Shown here piece by piece: positions 46,001-53,683 of a stretch of DNA of 64,000 nucleotides. Numbering within the stretch: position 1 is the first letter of the stretch; each line of letters opens with the position of its first letter. Source of the stretch: Thermoplasmata archaeon (GTDB taxonomy: Archaea; Thermoplasmatota; Thermoplasmata; Lutacidiplasmatales; UBA184); the NCBI GenBank assembly GCA_028864975.1, contig JAGWLG010000002.1, forward strand, positions 32,001 to 96,000, given 5' to 3'. Under the pieces are notes generated by a model. The model saw nothing but the letters and a program-made list of their open reading frames with translations. It ran no database searches and was not told the origin of the DNA. The position numbers and the translations under genes were made by a program.

Positions 46001-47480
46001 GAACTGGGCGAATGCCGGGAGCGGCACGTTCGCGGGCCTGACCACGAGCGCGCTCGCGGAGCACTGCAACGGCTACCACTTCTCCTCCTGGACCAACTCG
46101 GGGGGCGTCACGGTATCCGGGAGCGCTTCCAACCCCACTTCGACCACGCTCGCGGGGAACGGAAGCCTGGGCGCGACCTGGGCGGTGAACGGCACGACCA
46201 CGTTCTCGATCACGCTCGTCGCTTCGCCCGCGAGCTGCGGACCGATCTCCTTCAACGCGGGGAGCTATGCGAGCGGGTCCTCGGTCACGATCGCAGCAGG
46301 AACCTACGCCCTCTCGGTGGGCTCGTGTTCCGGGTACTCCTTCTCGAGCTGGTCGGCGACGGGATCGAACGTCGTGGCGTTGCCCTCCGCGTCGAGCACG
46401 AGCGTGACCATCGCCTCCGCCGGGACCCTCACGGCGACCTTCAGCTCCGCGACCACCTATGCGGTCACCGTCTCGACCGCGCCCGCCAGCTGCGGGTCGG
46501 TGACCATCAACGGCAACACCTACACGAACGGGATGACCGCCAACCTGGCGGCCACCACGTACCCCATCACGACATCGGCCTGCTCGGGCTACTTCCTCGT
46601 CCCGAGCTTCGCCTTGACCGGCGGGGTCAGCCTGAATGCCGCGCATACCCAGCTTACGGTCTCGAACGCGGGCACGCTCGCGATGACCTTCGCAACGACC
46701 TTGACCGGTCAAGTGAGCGCCACCCCCGCCAGCACCACCACGGGCTCTGCCGTCTCCTTCACCCTGACCTTGAGCGGCGGGTTGGGCCCCTACGTGGCCA
46801 CCTGGAACTTCGGTGATGGTAGCTCGTGGGCCACCACGAACCTCACCTCGACGAGCGGCACCGAGAGCCACACATTCGGTAGCGCGAACACGTTCACGGT
46901 CACGGTGACCGTCCGCGACAGCGTCGGTCAGGTCATCAGCGGCTCCGTGCCGATCCAGGTCAGCTCGAGCTCCGCGGCAGGCTCCCCCATCCCGCTCTGG
47001 GCCCTCGGACTGCTCCTGCTGGTCGTGGTGGCCGCTATCGTCGCCACGGTGTTGCTCGTCCGACGGCGCAAGAAGTCCCAGGAACTCCTCGCAGGTCCCA
47101 ACGCGGCCGCCGGAGCTGCCTACGAGCCTGTGCCGTTCCCGTCCCCCGCCGGCGGCGCTCCGCCGCCGCCCCCGCCGACCTACGGTGCCACGATGGCTCC
47201 GGCGCCTCCACCGCCGGTCACGAGCGCCCCTCCCCCGGTGGCCACGCAGGCGGTCGCGCCCATGCCAGCCCCCGCGCCATTGCCACCGCCCGCTCCGGTC
47301 ACTCCACCGCGCCCGAGCGCGGCCCCTCGGCCAGGTCCCTACCTCACCGAGCGGCAGCGAAGAGCGCAAGAGGCGGCCGCCGCGGCCCCCGCCACGGGAT
47401 CCGCTGCGACGGAGCCTCCCCCCTCGACCTCGACCCCTTCCGAAGGGAGCGGGGGGGCGACCGACGGGAACTCGGGCTGA
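43056..47480 (+). CDS. Large cell-surface protein: secreted N-terminal domain, 8 beta-rich repeats, PKD-like domain, TM anchor, Pro-rich tail
   Basis: Signal/TM at the N-terminus; S/T/G-rich with many N-x-S/T sequons; repeats with an FSSW core; WNFGDG (PKD); C-terminal TM followed by RRRKK. Confidence 0.88.
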   Translation: MARNMQRTRTNYAEVATIALLGLVLLGLLTPGPLRSMVAQGAQGAAPTPVAVGALQAASAGAGQGAPYAVHGVSLHPLSVGASASVGTSRAPLASGASLAAEGPSASVPNAISLGSSWAGINAATGCACFPPDGAEGEGNGYVVQSVNLWYHVWTTGGTSQWSESASTFFGTSDGLSDPKVFYDNQTSRWFTSFLDVTNNHLWIAVSKTSTPTQGTSNWVISDLPGPSNGDLPDQPILGVDANNVVLSTNDFSSTAFDGAEVFVVNKTAVMGSAQTAWGWTWGPNNNYGSMHPAYHLDATNTMWFATTCGGAGTNCTWPIAVGKLTGSPPATPNFVVYNYWTWTNSSSQLPPAVGFQKGSTVKLDTGDDRVSSATWTNGVLWVAADDSCRASTGFASCLHLWSFSTSAGTPSKVQDFKWEDKANSFDGYPSVIIDKYGNVGVSFEEASNATFPSTYVTGQATSDPVNTLEAATLAKAGGGAITATQSNFCAGVITCARWGDYSGSSVDPTNRNQFWMEAEDGPGAGDSYWATWVQEFQFPYPSGTPTVNFALSPASGAGSISFNSVTYYNGGSTSIATGSYPLSATTNAGWHFSSWSTTGGLSVGASGLTVSSSGTLTATYTQYAKVTFAINRAACGPITFNSTTQANASSASYYTSSSPFTASIPACGGETFSSWAVTGGVSVGSPTALSTSVTLTDNGTLTANFVTGSVDVVTVAIAPGAGDGYVTLSGTPYFNGNTANLAAGSYPLAFAASPGWAFSTWSATGGLTIGAGTLAVSSSGTLTVTFVQDPTLSFTVSPTSCQPITFNGSTPWNSGTSGSFYTSGSPYTASVAACSGYSFSSWSTTGGVAAGSPSATSTPVTLTDNGTLTATFTASSGVTVSFTISPASPSSGGSVTLNGVTYYNGGSVSIATGTYTLSQTPAPAFRFSSWAFAGGVALSGGSLVVTGAGTVTANYVAVYGVAFSVAPAACAATSEVQFNGTNWANAGSGTFAGLTTSALAEHCNGYHFSSWTNSGGVTVSGSASNPTSTTLAGNGSLGATWAVNGTTTFSITLVASPASCGPISFNAGSYASGSSVTIAAGTYALSVGSCSGYSFSSWSATGSNVVALPSASSTSVTIASAGTLTATFSSATTYAVTVSTAPASCGSVTINGNTYTNGMTANLAATTYPITTSACSGYFLVPSFALTGGVSLNAAHTQLTVSNAGTLAMTFATTLTGQVSATPASTTTGSAVSFTLTLSGGLGPYVATWNFGDGSSWATTNLTSTSGTESHTFGSANTFTVTVTVRDSVGQVISGSVPIQVSSSSAAGSPIPLWALGLLLLVVVAAIVATVLLVRRRKKSQELLAGPNAAAGAAYEPVPFPSPAGGAPPPPPPTYGATMAPAPPPPVTSAPPPVATQAVAPMPAPAPLPPPAPVTPPRPSAAPRPGPYLTERQRRAQEAAAAAPATGSAATEPPPSTSTPSEGSGGATDGNSG
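44695..46700 (+). repeat. Eight tandem ~80-aa beta-rich protein repeats (InlB B-repeat-like)
   Basis: Recurrent pattern V-x-F-x-x-x-P...G-x-I-x-F-N...F-S-S-W-x-x-T-G-G...G-T-L-T-A-x-F; boundaries approximate. Confidence 0.75.
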
Positions 47481-47483
47481 GGC

Positions 47484-48764
47484 TCAGGAGGGGCGAGGCT
47501 CCGCGGTCCCGTCGAGCCTCCAGAGGGCTCGGCCCACCGTGGAGAGGGCCCCGGTCAGCAACAGTCCTCCCCCGGCCACCTCGAGCGCGAACGAGATCCC
47601 TCGGTAGGTGATGAGGAGCGCCCCCACGACCTGGGCCACGGGCATCACGGCATAGCTCAGGATCCCATCGATGGAGAAGTAGCGCCCGCGCATCCGCTCG
47701 GGGACGATGGTCTGGGCCGTCGTGAGCCAGGTCGTTCCCGCGACCTGCATGACCAGGCTGAAGGCGAAGACGATCGGGACCGAGAGGTAGAAGGAGCCTG
47801 ACCGCGAGAGGGCGAGCAGCAAGACCCCGCACACGACGCCGTACCCAAGGGTCCAGACCTTGCCCGCGTGCTTGACGGCGCGGGTCCTGCCCACGAGCAG
47901 GCCGCCTGCGGCGGTCCCCCCGGTCATGGTCGCGAGGAACAGCCCGAAGGTGAGCGGAGTGCCGTGGAGCCCGAGCGTGACGTAGACGACGATGAACCAG
48001 AGGAAGATCGAGGAGAAGAAGTTCATGAAGAGGGCGGAGATGGAGAGCTCGAAGAGCCCCTTCGAGGAGAGCAGCCAGCGCCCGCCTTCCGCGATCTCCG
48101 ATAGCATTCGCCGACGTGGTACGGACGCCTCCTCGAGCTTCCGAGGGAGGCGCTTCGTCCCGACGCTCACCGTGAAGACCAGGGCGGCGGAGAGCAGGAA
48201 CGTGAGCGTGTTGTACAGCAGGCTCAGGACGACGCCCGCCACGAGGAGGAACGTCCCCGCGATGGAGTTCGACAGCATCGAGATGATGGACCGGGAGGAG
48301 CGGACGAGACCGTTCGCGTCCGCGAGCTGATGCTTCGGGAGGATGGAGGGGATCAGCGACTGCTCGGCCGGGGTGAAGAGCGTACCGACGCACCCTGAGA
48401 CGAAGGCCACGACGAGGAACATTGGGAGGCTGAACCCCCAACGCCAGAACGTGAACGCGAGGGCGCCGATGGCCCCCGCGCGCGCGAGGTCGCTCGCGAC
48501 CATGACCCGTCGACGGTCGTAGCGGTCGACCCACACGCCCGAGGGGAGGCTCATGACCACGATCGTGACCGTGGTGACGATCCCCACGAGGGCGATCGCG
48601 AAGGCGGACCGGGTCGAGGAGAAGACGATCCACGAGATCGTGACGCTGGCGATGGCGCCGCCGCTGATCGAGGTCGCGCCGGCGAGGAAGAGGCGCAGGA
48701 AGTTGCGGTCCCGCAGGACCGAAGCGAGCCCCACGCCCGGCGCGGAGGAGGGGGACGCGCCCAT
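47484..48764 (-). CDS. MFS transporter (DHA3/H+ antiporter-like)
   Basis: LRDRNFLRLFLA, GVWVDRYDRRRVMV-SDL-RA, QTIVPERMRGR; about 12 TM segments. Confidence 0.9.
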   Translation of the reverse strand: MGASPSSAPGVGLASVLRDRNFLRLFLAGATSISGGAIASVTISWIVFSSTRSAFAIALVGIVTTVTIVVMSLPSGVWVDRYDRRRVMVASDLARAGAIGALAFTFWRWGFSLPMFLVVAFVSGCVGTLFTPAEQSLIPSILPKHQLADANGLVRSSRSIISMLSNSIAGTFLLVAGVVLSLLYNTLTFLLSAALVFTVSVGTKRLPRKLEEASVPRRRMLSEIAEGGRWLLSSKGLFELSISALFMNFFSSIFLWFIVVYVTLGLHGTPLTFGLFLATMTGGTAAGGLLVGRTRAVKHAGKVWTLGYGVVCGVLLLALSRSGSFYLSVPIVFAFSLVMQVAGTTWLTTAQTIVPERMRGRYFSIDGILSYAVMPVAQVVGALLITYRGISFALEVAGGGLLLTGALSTVGRALWRLDGTAEPRPS

Positions 48765-48801
48765 GCACCCCTCTCACGGAGGTGGAGGGTGACCGTGCCC
48801 C

Positions 48802-49524
48802 TCACACCTCGAGCCGGACGACCTCGCGCCCTCCTTCCTTCCCCAGGAGGCGTGCGACGAGCCCCTCGGCGTCCTTCGCCTTTCCGCGGTGGTAACCTTT
48901 GAGCGCGGCTTCGCGCAGCCCATCCGCCCCCATCCCGATGACCTCGGCCTCCATCTCTCCGATGGACCCGCTGGGGTCGACAGCGAATAGGCGAGGCTCG
49001 TGGGCGAGCGTCGAGGCGATGAGGAGCGAGCAGCCGAGGGGGCGATCCTCACGCTTCAACGTGTGTTCCCAGAAGTACCGCGAGGCCTCGTCGACGAGCT
49101 CGTCCGCGCTCTTCCAGGACTGGCGGCGAAGGTGCCGCACGACCGAGCGCCCGTCGGCGACGAGCCCGACCTTGAGGACCGCCACGTGAGGCGAGAGACG
49201 GTCGATCTTCCCGCCCGACCTCACGGTGGGGTTCGGTCCCGCGCTGTAGGCAGCGCCAAGGACCACACCTTTGTCGAAGACCGCCCCTGCGATAGGAAGG
49301 CCGCGCCGGGAGGACTCCCGGGCGTACTCGATCTGGTAGATGCGGCCGTCGGGGGAGAAGTGGTTCACCTTGTCGAAGTCCTGGGCCATCGGGCCGGCCT
49401 GCTGGGCGTACGCCACGATGGCAGCGCGGACGAGCTCGGCCTTGGTGCCGAAGGGGCCCGTGCGGACGAGGGCGTCCAGGTAACGGTCTATCTCGGGTGG
49501 GACGGCGAGTCGAATCTCTGCCAT
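48802..49524 (-). CDS. Ribbon-helix-helix domain fused to a divergent proteasome alpha-subunit-like domain
   Basis: N-terminal IRLAVPPEIDRYLDALVRTGPFGTKAELVRAAI (RHH pattern); then FSPDGRIYQIEYARE, GLVADGR, RPLGCSLLIA, PRLFAVDPSG, IGMG, which parallel conserved archaeal alpha-subunit blocks. Confidence 0.82.
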   Translation of the reverse strand: MAEIRLAVPPEIDRYLDALVRTGPFGTKAELVRAAIVAYAQQAGPMAQDFDKVNHFSPDGRIYQIEYARESSRRGLPIAGAVFDKGVVLGAAYSAGPNPTVRSGGKIDRLSPHVAVLKVGLVADGRSVVRHLRRQSWKSADELVDEASRYFWEHTLKREDRPLGCSLLIASTLAHEPRLFAVDPSGSIGEMEAEVIGMGADGLREAALKGYHRGKAKDAEGLVARLLGKEGGREVVRLEV

Positions 49525-49586
49525 ACGTCGAAGCTCCGCTAGGACGTATGTTTCACGTAGTCTTGAAGGATGATGTACGTGAAACA
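49522..49586. promoter_or_regulatory. Inverted repeats upstream of the RHH-alpha gene (candidate operator)
   Basis: TGTTTCACGTA (49549-49559) / TACGTGAAACA (49576-49586), 16-nt spacer; also CATACGTC (49522-49529) / GACGTATG (49543-49550). Confidence 0.65.
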
Positions 49587-49641
49587 CGGCGTATTCGCGG
49601 AGACTTCCTCCGACCCGCTGACGCTCCCGAGGAGCGATCGC

Positions 49642-50433
49642 CTACCTTCGGGCGACGAGGATCACGTTGGAGAGCTCTCGCCATAGCACGGCGGACTCCC
49701 GGAACCCCGCCGCCCGCAGGTACCGCCGGTGCTCCTCCTCCGACGGTTCGACCTCGTGGTGGGTCGGCTCAGGGAAGAGGGCGTTCCGTCTCTTGAGCGC
49801 CTCGTGCAGCGACGGGTCGCGGCCGGCCTCGCGCCACCATTCGCGCCACTCGAGGGCGGACCGGCGGACCTCAAGGACCCGTTGTCGTCGATGCAACGTC
49901 TCGGAAGCGAGTTCGCGAAGACGGGGGCTCTCCTCTCCCAGAGGGGCCTTGTCGCCGTTGAGCAGGACCCCTCCGGGGCGGAGCAAGGTCCGAAGGTCTC
50001 GGTAGACACGCCGAAGTTGTGGGGGAAGGAACCAGTGCAGTGCCGTGGTCGAGAGGACCGCGTCGAAGCGCCCCGGGGGCAGGGCGCGGGCCCACGTGGG
50101 AGAGCGCAGGTCGCTCTCCACCCAGCGCAGCCGTTGGGCGACCGAGGGGGGCGCCGACGTCCTCCCGATCGTGAGGAGGAGCGGGTCGATGTCCACGGCG
50201 ACCACGCGGGCCCGTGGGAACCTCGCGAGCAGGCGGAAGGAAAGCGAGCCCGGGCCGCATCCCACGTCCAGGGCGCGGAACGTCGAAGGAAGACCGGCCT
50301 CGAGCAGGTCGAACATCGCCGTGAAGCGAGCTTCGCGGGAGGGAATGTAGCGCGTCTGCATCCGGTCCCACGAGGTCAGGAGGGCCCGGGCACGGGCCCG
50401 GGTGAGCGGGGGAGTAGGGGGAGGAGGGGACAT
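49642..50433 (-). CDS. Class I SAM-dependent methyltransferase
   Basis: ALDVGCGPGSL, VAVDIDP, FDAVLSTTALHW, LLRPGGVLLNGD. Confidence 0.88.
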   Translation of the reverse strand: MSPPPPTPPLTRARARALLTSWDRMQTRYIPSREARFTAMFDLLEAGLPSTFRALDVGCGPGSLSFRLLARFPRARVVAVDIDPLLLTIGRTSAPPSVAQRLRWVESDLRSPTWARALPPGRFDAVLSTTALHWFLPPQLRRVYRDLRTLLRPGGVLLNGDKAPLGEESPRLRELASETLHRRQRVLEVRRSALEWREWWREAGRDPSLHEALKRRNALFPEPTHHEVEPSEEEHRRYLRAAGFRESAVLWRELSNVILVARR

Positions 50434-50440
50434 GCGACCC

Positions 50441-51493
50441 CTACCCGGGGGCCTTGAGCGCGGAGAGCGCCTCGGGATGCTCGGCGAAGTAGCGGTTCGC
50501 GGGGGCCATGATCCGCTGGAGGCCGACGGCGACCGAGGCCTTCAGGTCCTGCGGGTGGAGCTTCCCCTCCTTCCAGGTCGCGAGGAACTCCTCCTCCTTC
50601 GAGAAGGAGAGAGGGCCCCCATACTTGGCCGGGCGCTCCACCTCGAGCTTTCCGAGCCACGGGAGCACCACGTAGCGCGCGAGCTCGAGGACCGGGTTCC
50701 CCTCCACCTCCTTCACGGGGCAGAAGGCTCCCTTGAGGCGGTCCTCGACGACGGCGTCAGGGGACGGGACGGGGATCCCCGAGGTGGGGTCGCTCTTCGA
50801 CATCTTCCGTTCCATGAGGCCCGGGTCGTCGATGTTCATCCGGCCGCCGCCCTTGAGGGACGAGATCAGAGGGGTATGGAGGGCGACGGGGACGGGCCAT
50901 CCGTAGTGGTGGGCCACCTCGCGGGCGAGGACATGGGCCCGCCGCTGGTCGATCCCCGCGTAGGCCAGGTCGACGGGGAGCTCGAAGATGTCCGCCACCT
51001 GCATCGCGGGATAGAAGAGCTTCGCCGCGTCGACCTCAGCCTCGTCCTCCTTCCTCCCCATGATGGTCACCGCGCGCTTCGCGCGTGCGAGGCTCATCGC
51101 CTTGGCGCAGCGGATGACGCGTGCCCAGTAGTTCTCCGAGGCGACCAGGTCCTTGGCCCATCGGAACCGGACGCCTTCCGCCGCCTCCAGGGCGCGGAAG
51201 GTCTCCGACATGGCGCGACCGGCCAGACGGATCCTCTCGAGGGAGCCTCCGAGCTTGTCGTTGATGAGGGCGTGCCAGTCCGCGAGGAAGACCGTGACCT
51301 GGAACCCTGCGTGGGCGAGGTCGCGGACCTTCGCGATCGTGACGAGCTGGCCCACGGTGAAGAGCCCGCTCGGTTCGTAGCCGATGTAGGCCTTCGGGTG
51401 GTCCTCCCGTGCGAGGAGTGCACGCACCTCTTCGTTAACGAGGACCTCCTGGGCGTTGCGGAGCACCAGGGCGACGCGCTCTTCGAGGTCCAT
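50441..51493 (-). CDS. tyrS: Tyrosine--tRNA ligase, archaeal type
   Basis: KAYIGYEPSG, FLADWHALINDK, YPAMQVADI, GIDQRRAH, KMSKS, LHPQDLK. Confidence 0.93.
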   Translation of the reverse strand: MDLEERVALVLRNAQEVLVNEEVRALLAREDHPKAYIGYEPSGLFTVGQLVTIAKVRDLAHAGFQVTVFLADWHALINDKLGGSLERIRLAGRAMSETFRALEAAEGVRFRWAKDLVASENYWARVIRCAKAMSLARAKRAVTIMGRKEDEAEVDAAKLFYPAMQVADIFELPVDLAYAGIDQRRAHVLAREVAHHYGWPVPVALHTPLISSLKGGGRMNIDDPGLMERKMSKSDPTSGIPVPSPDAVVEDRLKGAFCPVKEVEGNPVLELARYVVLPWLGKLEVERPAKYGGPLSFSKEEEFLATWKEGKLHPQDLKASVAVGLQRIMAPANRYFAEHPEALSALKAPG

Positions 51494-51534
51494 GTCGGGG
51501 GGTGGGAGCTCTCCCTGATGAAGAACCTTGGCCG

Positions 51535-52530
51535 TCAGCCGGGGGGACGGGCGACCGACTCGTCCACCGTCGAGTCGTAGACCTCTCCCGGGGGGACAGC
51601 TTCCGCCTCCTCCGGGGAGAGGGCGGAGAGGACCGCCCGCTCGGTCGCGAGCTCGGCCCGTTGGGTCGCACGACGGAAGGCTAGGACCTCGAAGAGGAGC
51701 GCGGCGGCCGGCACCAGGAGCACGAGGACCGCGCTGTCAAGGAACTCCGTCGCGGGCGAAGGGGAGGACGGGGTGCTCACGCCGGGGACGTCGGCGACGC
51801 TCAAGTTCGCCGTAACGGGCTCCGAGGCGGTCGGAGCACGGGAGGTGGCCTCGAGCGCGCGGTAACCCGAGATGGAGGGGTCGTAGAGCCCCTGGAGCGT
51901 CCACGCCGCGAGCGGGCCGGAGGAGAGGGTGCGGAGGACGACGGAGAGGGTCGTCGCGTACTGCCGGTAGGAGTTGCAGACGTAGAGCACGCACGAGGTG
52001 GAGCTCCCCGGGGGGTAGAGGCGCTGGTAGGTCGCGTTGACCTGGGCGAACGTGCTCGCGATGGCGCTGCTGCAGGCGCCGCCAACGACGGCGGAGACGG
52101 TCGTCGACCACACCCCTCCCGCCCCGAGGGGGAAGGAGAGCCCTCCGGGCACCGGACGCGAAAGGTTCGCCCAGGAGGTTCCGTTGGGACATTGCCACGC
52201 GATCCCCTCCAGGTATCCGTTGACCCCGTCCAGGACCCAACCCGCGAAGGGCCAGGTCGACGCGACGGGACCGCGGGCGCTCCAGTTCCATCGCTCGAGC
52301 ACGGGAGTATCATGGGCGCCCGTGAGGGCCAGGTTCAGCGCCACGGTCCCCCCGTTCGGAAGGACCGACCCCTCGTAGGTCGAGTCCGCGACGTACGTCC
52401 AAGTTGCGGTCCCGAGGACGGGTGGGGGCCCGTAGGTGGGGTCCCGCGCGGGGGGAAGCAGGAGGGGGAGCACGACGAGCGAGGCGACCCAGAGGGCGAG
52501 GTAGAGGAGGAGGCGGCGCCGGGCCTGCAC
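51535..52530 (-). CDS. Hypothetical membrane protein with extracellular domain
   Basis: N-terminal TM, S/T/G-rich domain with Cys pairs, C-terminal TM; start uncertain. Confidence 0.6.
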   Translation of the reverse strand: MQARRRLLLYLALWVASLVVLPLLLPPARDPTYGPPPVLGTATWTYVADSTYEGSVLPNGGTVALNLALTGAHDTPVLERWNWSARGPVASTWPFAGWVLDGVNGYLEGIAWQCPNGTSWANLSRPVPGGLSFPLGAGGVWSTTVSAVVGGACSSAIASTFAQVNATYQRLYPPGSSTSCVLYVCNSYRQYATTLSVVLRTLSSGPLAAWTLQGLYDPSISGYRALEATSRAPTASEPVTANLSVADVPGVSTPSSPSPATEFLDSAVLVLLVPAAALLFEVLAFRRATQRAELATERAVLSALSPEEAEAVPPGEVYDSTVDESVARPPG

Positions 52531-52803
52531 GTGGTGGGCAAGGGAAGGGCGCCCATACCCTTTCTCGCCGCACGTCGCACCGAAATCGGGGTGCGAGCGC
52601 GCCTCGGGGCCGAGCGTGGGCGACCGACCTCGGCCCCCCAGCGCGGCCTGAGCCTCCTGAAGGAGCCTTGCGACGGGAGGACTTGCGCCCCGGGGCCCAC
52701 CTTCCACCCTCCCCATCGGCTTCGGGGAGGACCCGCCGACCGCCCAGTCGAACGGCGGGATTCAAATACCGGTCCGGGGCGTGAATGCCCCGCGGAGCGC
52801 AAC

Positions 52804-53466
52804 ATGAGGAAGGGACTGGTGATCGTGGGGGTCGTCCTGCTGGCCTTGGGAGCGGTGCTGATGTTCGTCCCGCTGATCCCTTCGACGATAAGTTCGACGG
52901 CGAGCAACCCTTCGGCCAACGGCGGAATGATCGGCTACAACATCTACCAGTCCAGCTTCTCCCTGACCGGGGGAACCACCGGCAAGTTCTCCTTCTCCTC
53001 TTCCTCCCCGGTGGACATCGCGGTCATCACCTGCTCCCGCGCGGTCACCACCTCGCAGCTTCAGCAGGCCACCACCAGCGCCCAGTTCAATGCGGCCTGC
53101 GGGACCAACACCACATACGGGACGACGCAGGTCGGAGGCTTCTCGTTCTCGAACGGCACGAGCGGTCCCTTCTCCGTGACCATCCCCTCCGGAGGGACCC
53201 TCATCTGGTTCGCGCTCTCGGGACAGAACTCCCCTCCGACCGTGACCGTGACGACGACGTACACCTCCCCGCTGCTCGGGCTGGTGCTCTTGGTCATCGG
53301 CGTGCTCCTCCTGCTCTTGGGGGTGGCCCTCAAGTCGAAGAAGCAGAAGCAGGCCGCGACCTCTCTGCCTCCGCCCCAGCCGTGGGGCCCTCCTTCCGGC
53401 CAAGGTGTGGCGTCGCCAGGAGCTCCCCCACCGGCCTGGCAACAGCCTCCTCCACCCTCGCGATAG
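52804..53466 (+). CDS. Two-TM membrane protein, extracellular beta domain, Pro/Gln-rich tail
   Basis: MRKGLVIVGVVLL..., second TM, then KSKKQKQ and a PPPQP-rich tail. Confidence 0.72.
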   Translation: MRKGLVIVGVVLLALGAVLMFVPLIPSTISSTASNPSANGGMIGYNIYQSSFSLTGGTTGKFSFSSSSPVDIAVITCSRAVTTSQLQQATTSAQFNAACGTNTTYGTTQVGGFSFSNGTSGPFSVTIPSGGTLIWFALSGQNSPPTVTVTTTYTSPLLGLVLLVIGVLLLLLGVALKSKKQKQAATSLPPPQPWGPPSGQGVASPGAPPPAWQQPPPPSR

Positions 53467-53683
53467 TCGAGGCGAGGGGCCGCTTTCGCGTCGCAGCGCA
53501 AGCGCAGCGGCGGCGCCCCGTGAAGGGCTCAGGCCCCTGGCCGCCCCGTATGGGGCGATCCTCCCATCCCGTCCTGTCCATCGGTCCGCTCCAAGCCCCG
53601 ATGGGGGGAGCGCGGCAGAGGGACCGGAGCGTCGTGGCGCGGAGGTGCACCTTCCCCCGGGGCCTTTTATAGAGAGCAGAGCC

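Noticed and set aside
49525-49587. ORF-track N-terminal extension (MFHVHHPS...) of the RHH-alpha gene
   Set aside because: It runs through the inverted-repeat, AT-rich promoter-like region. ATG 49524 begins exactly at the RHH beta-strand.
53665-53671. TTTTATA as the promoter of the 53684 gene
   Set aside because: It is only ~13 nt from the ATG, too close for canonical spacing unless the true start is GTG 53708; left unassigned.
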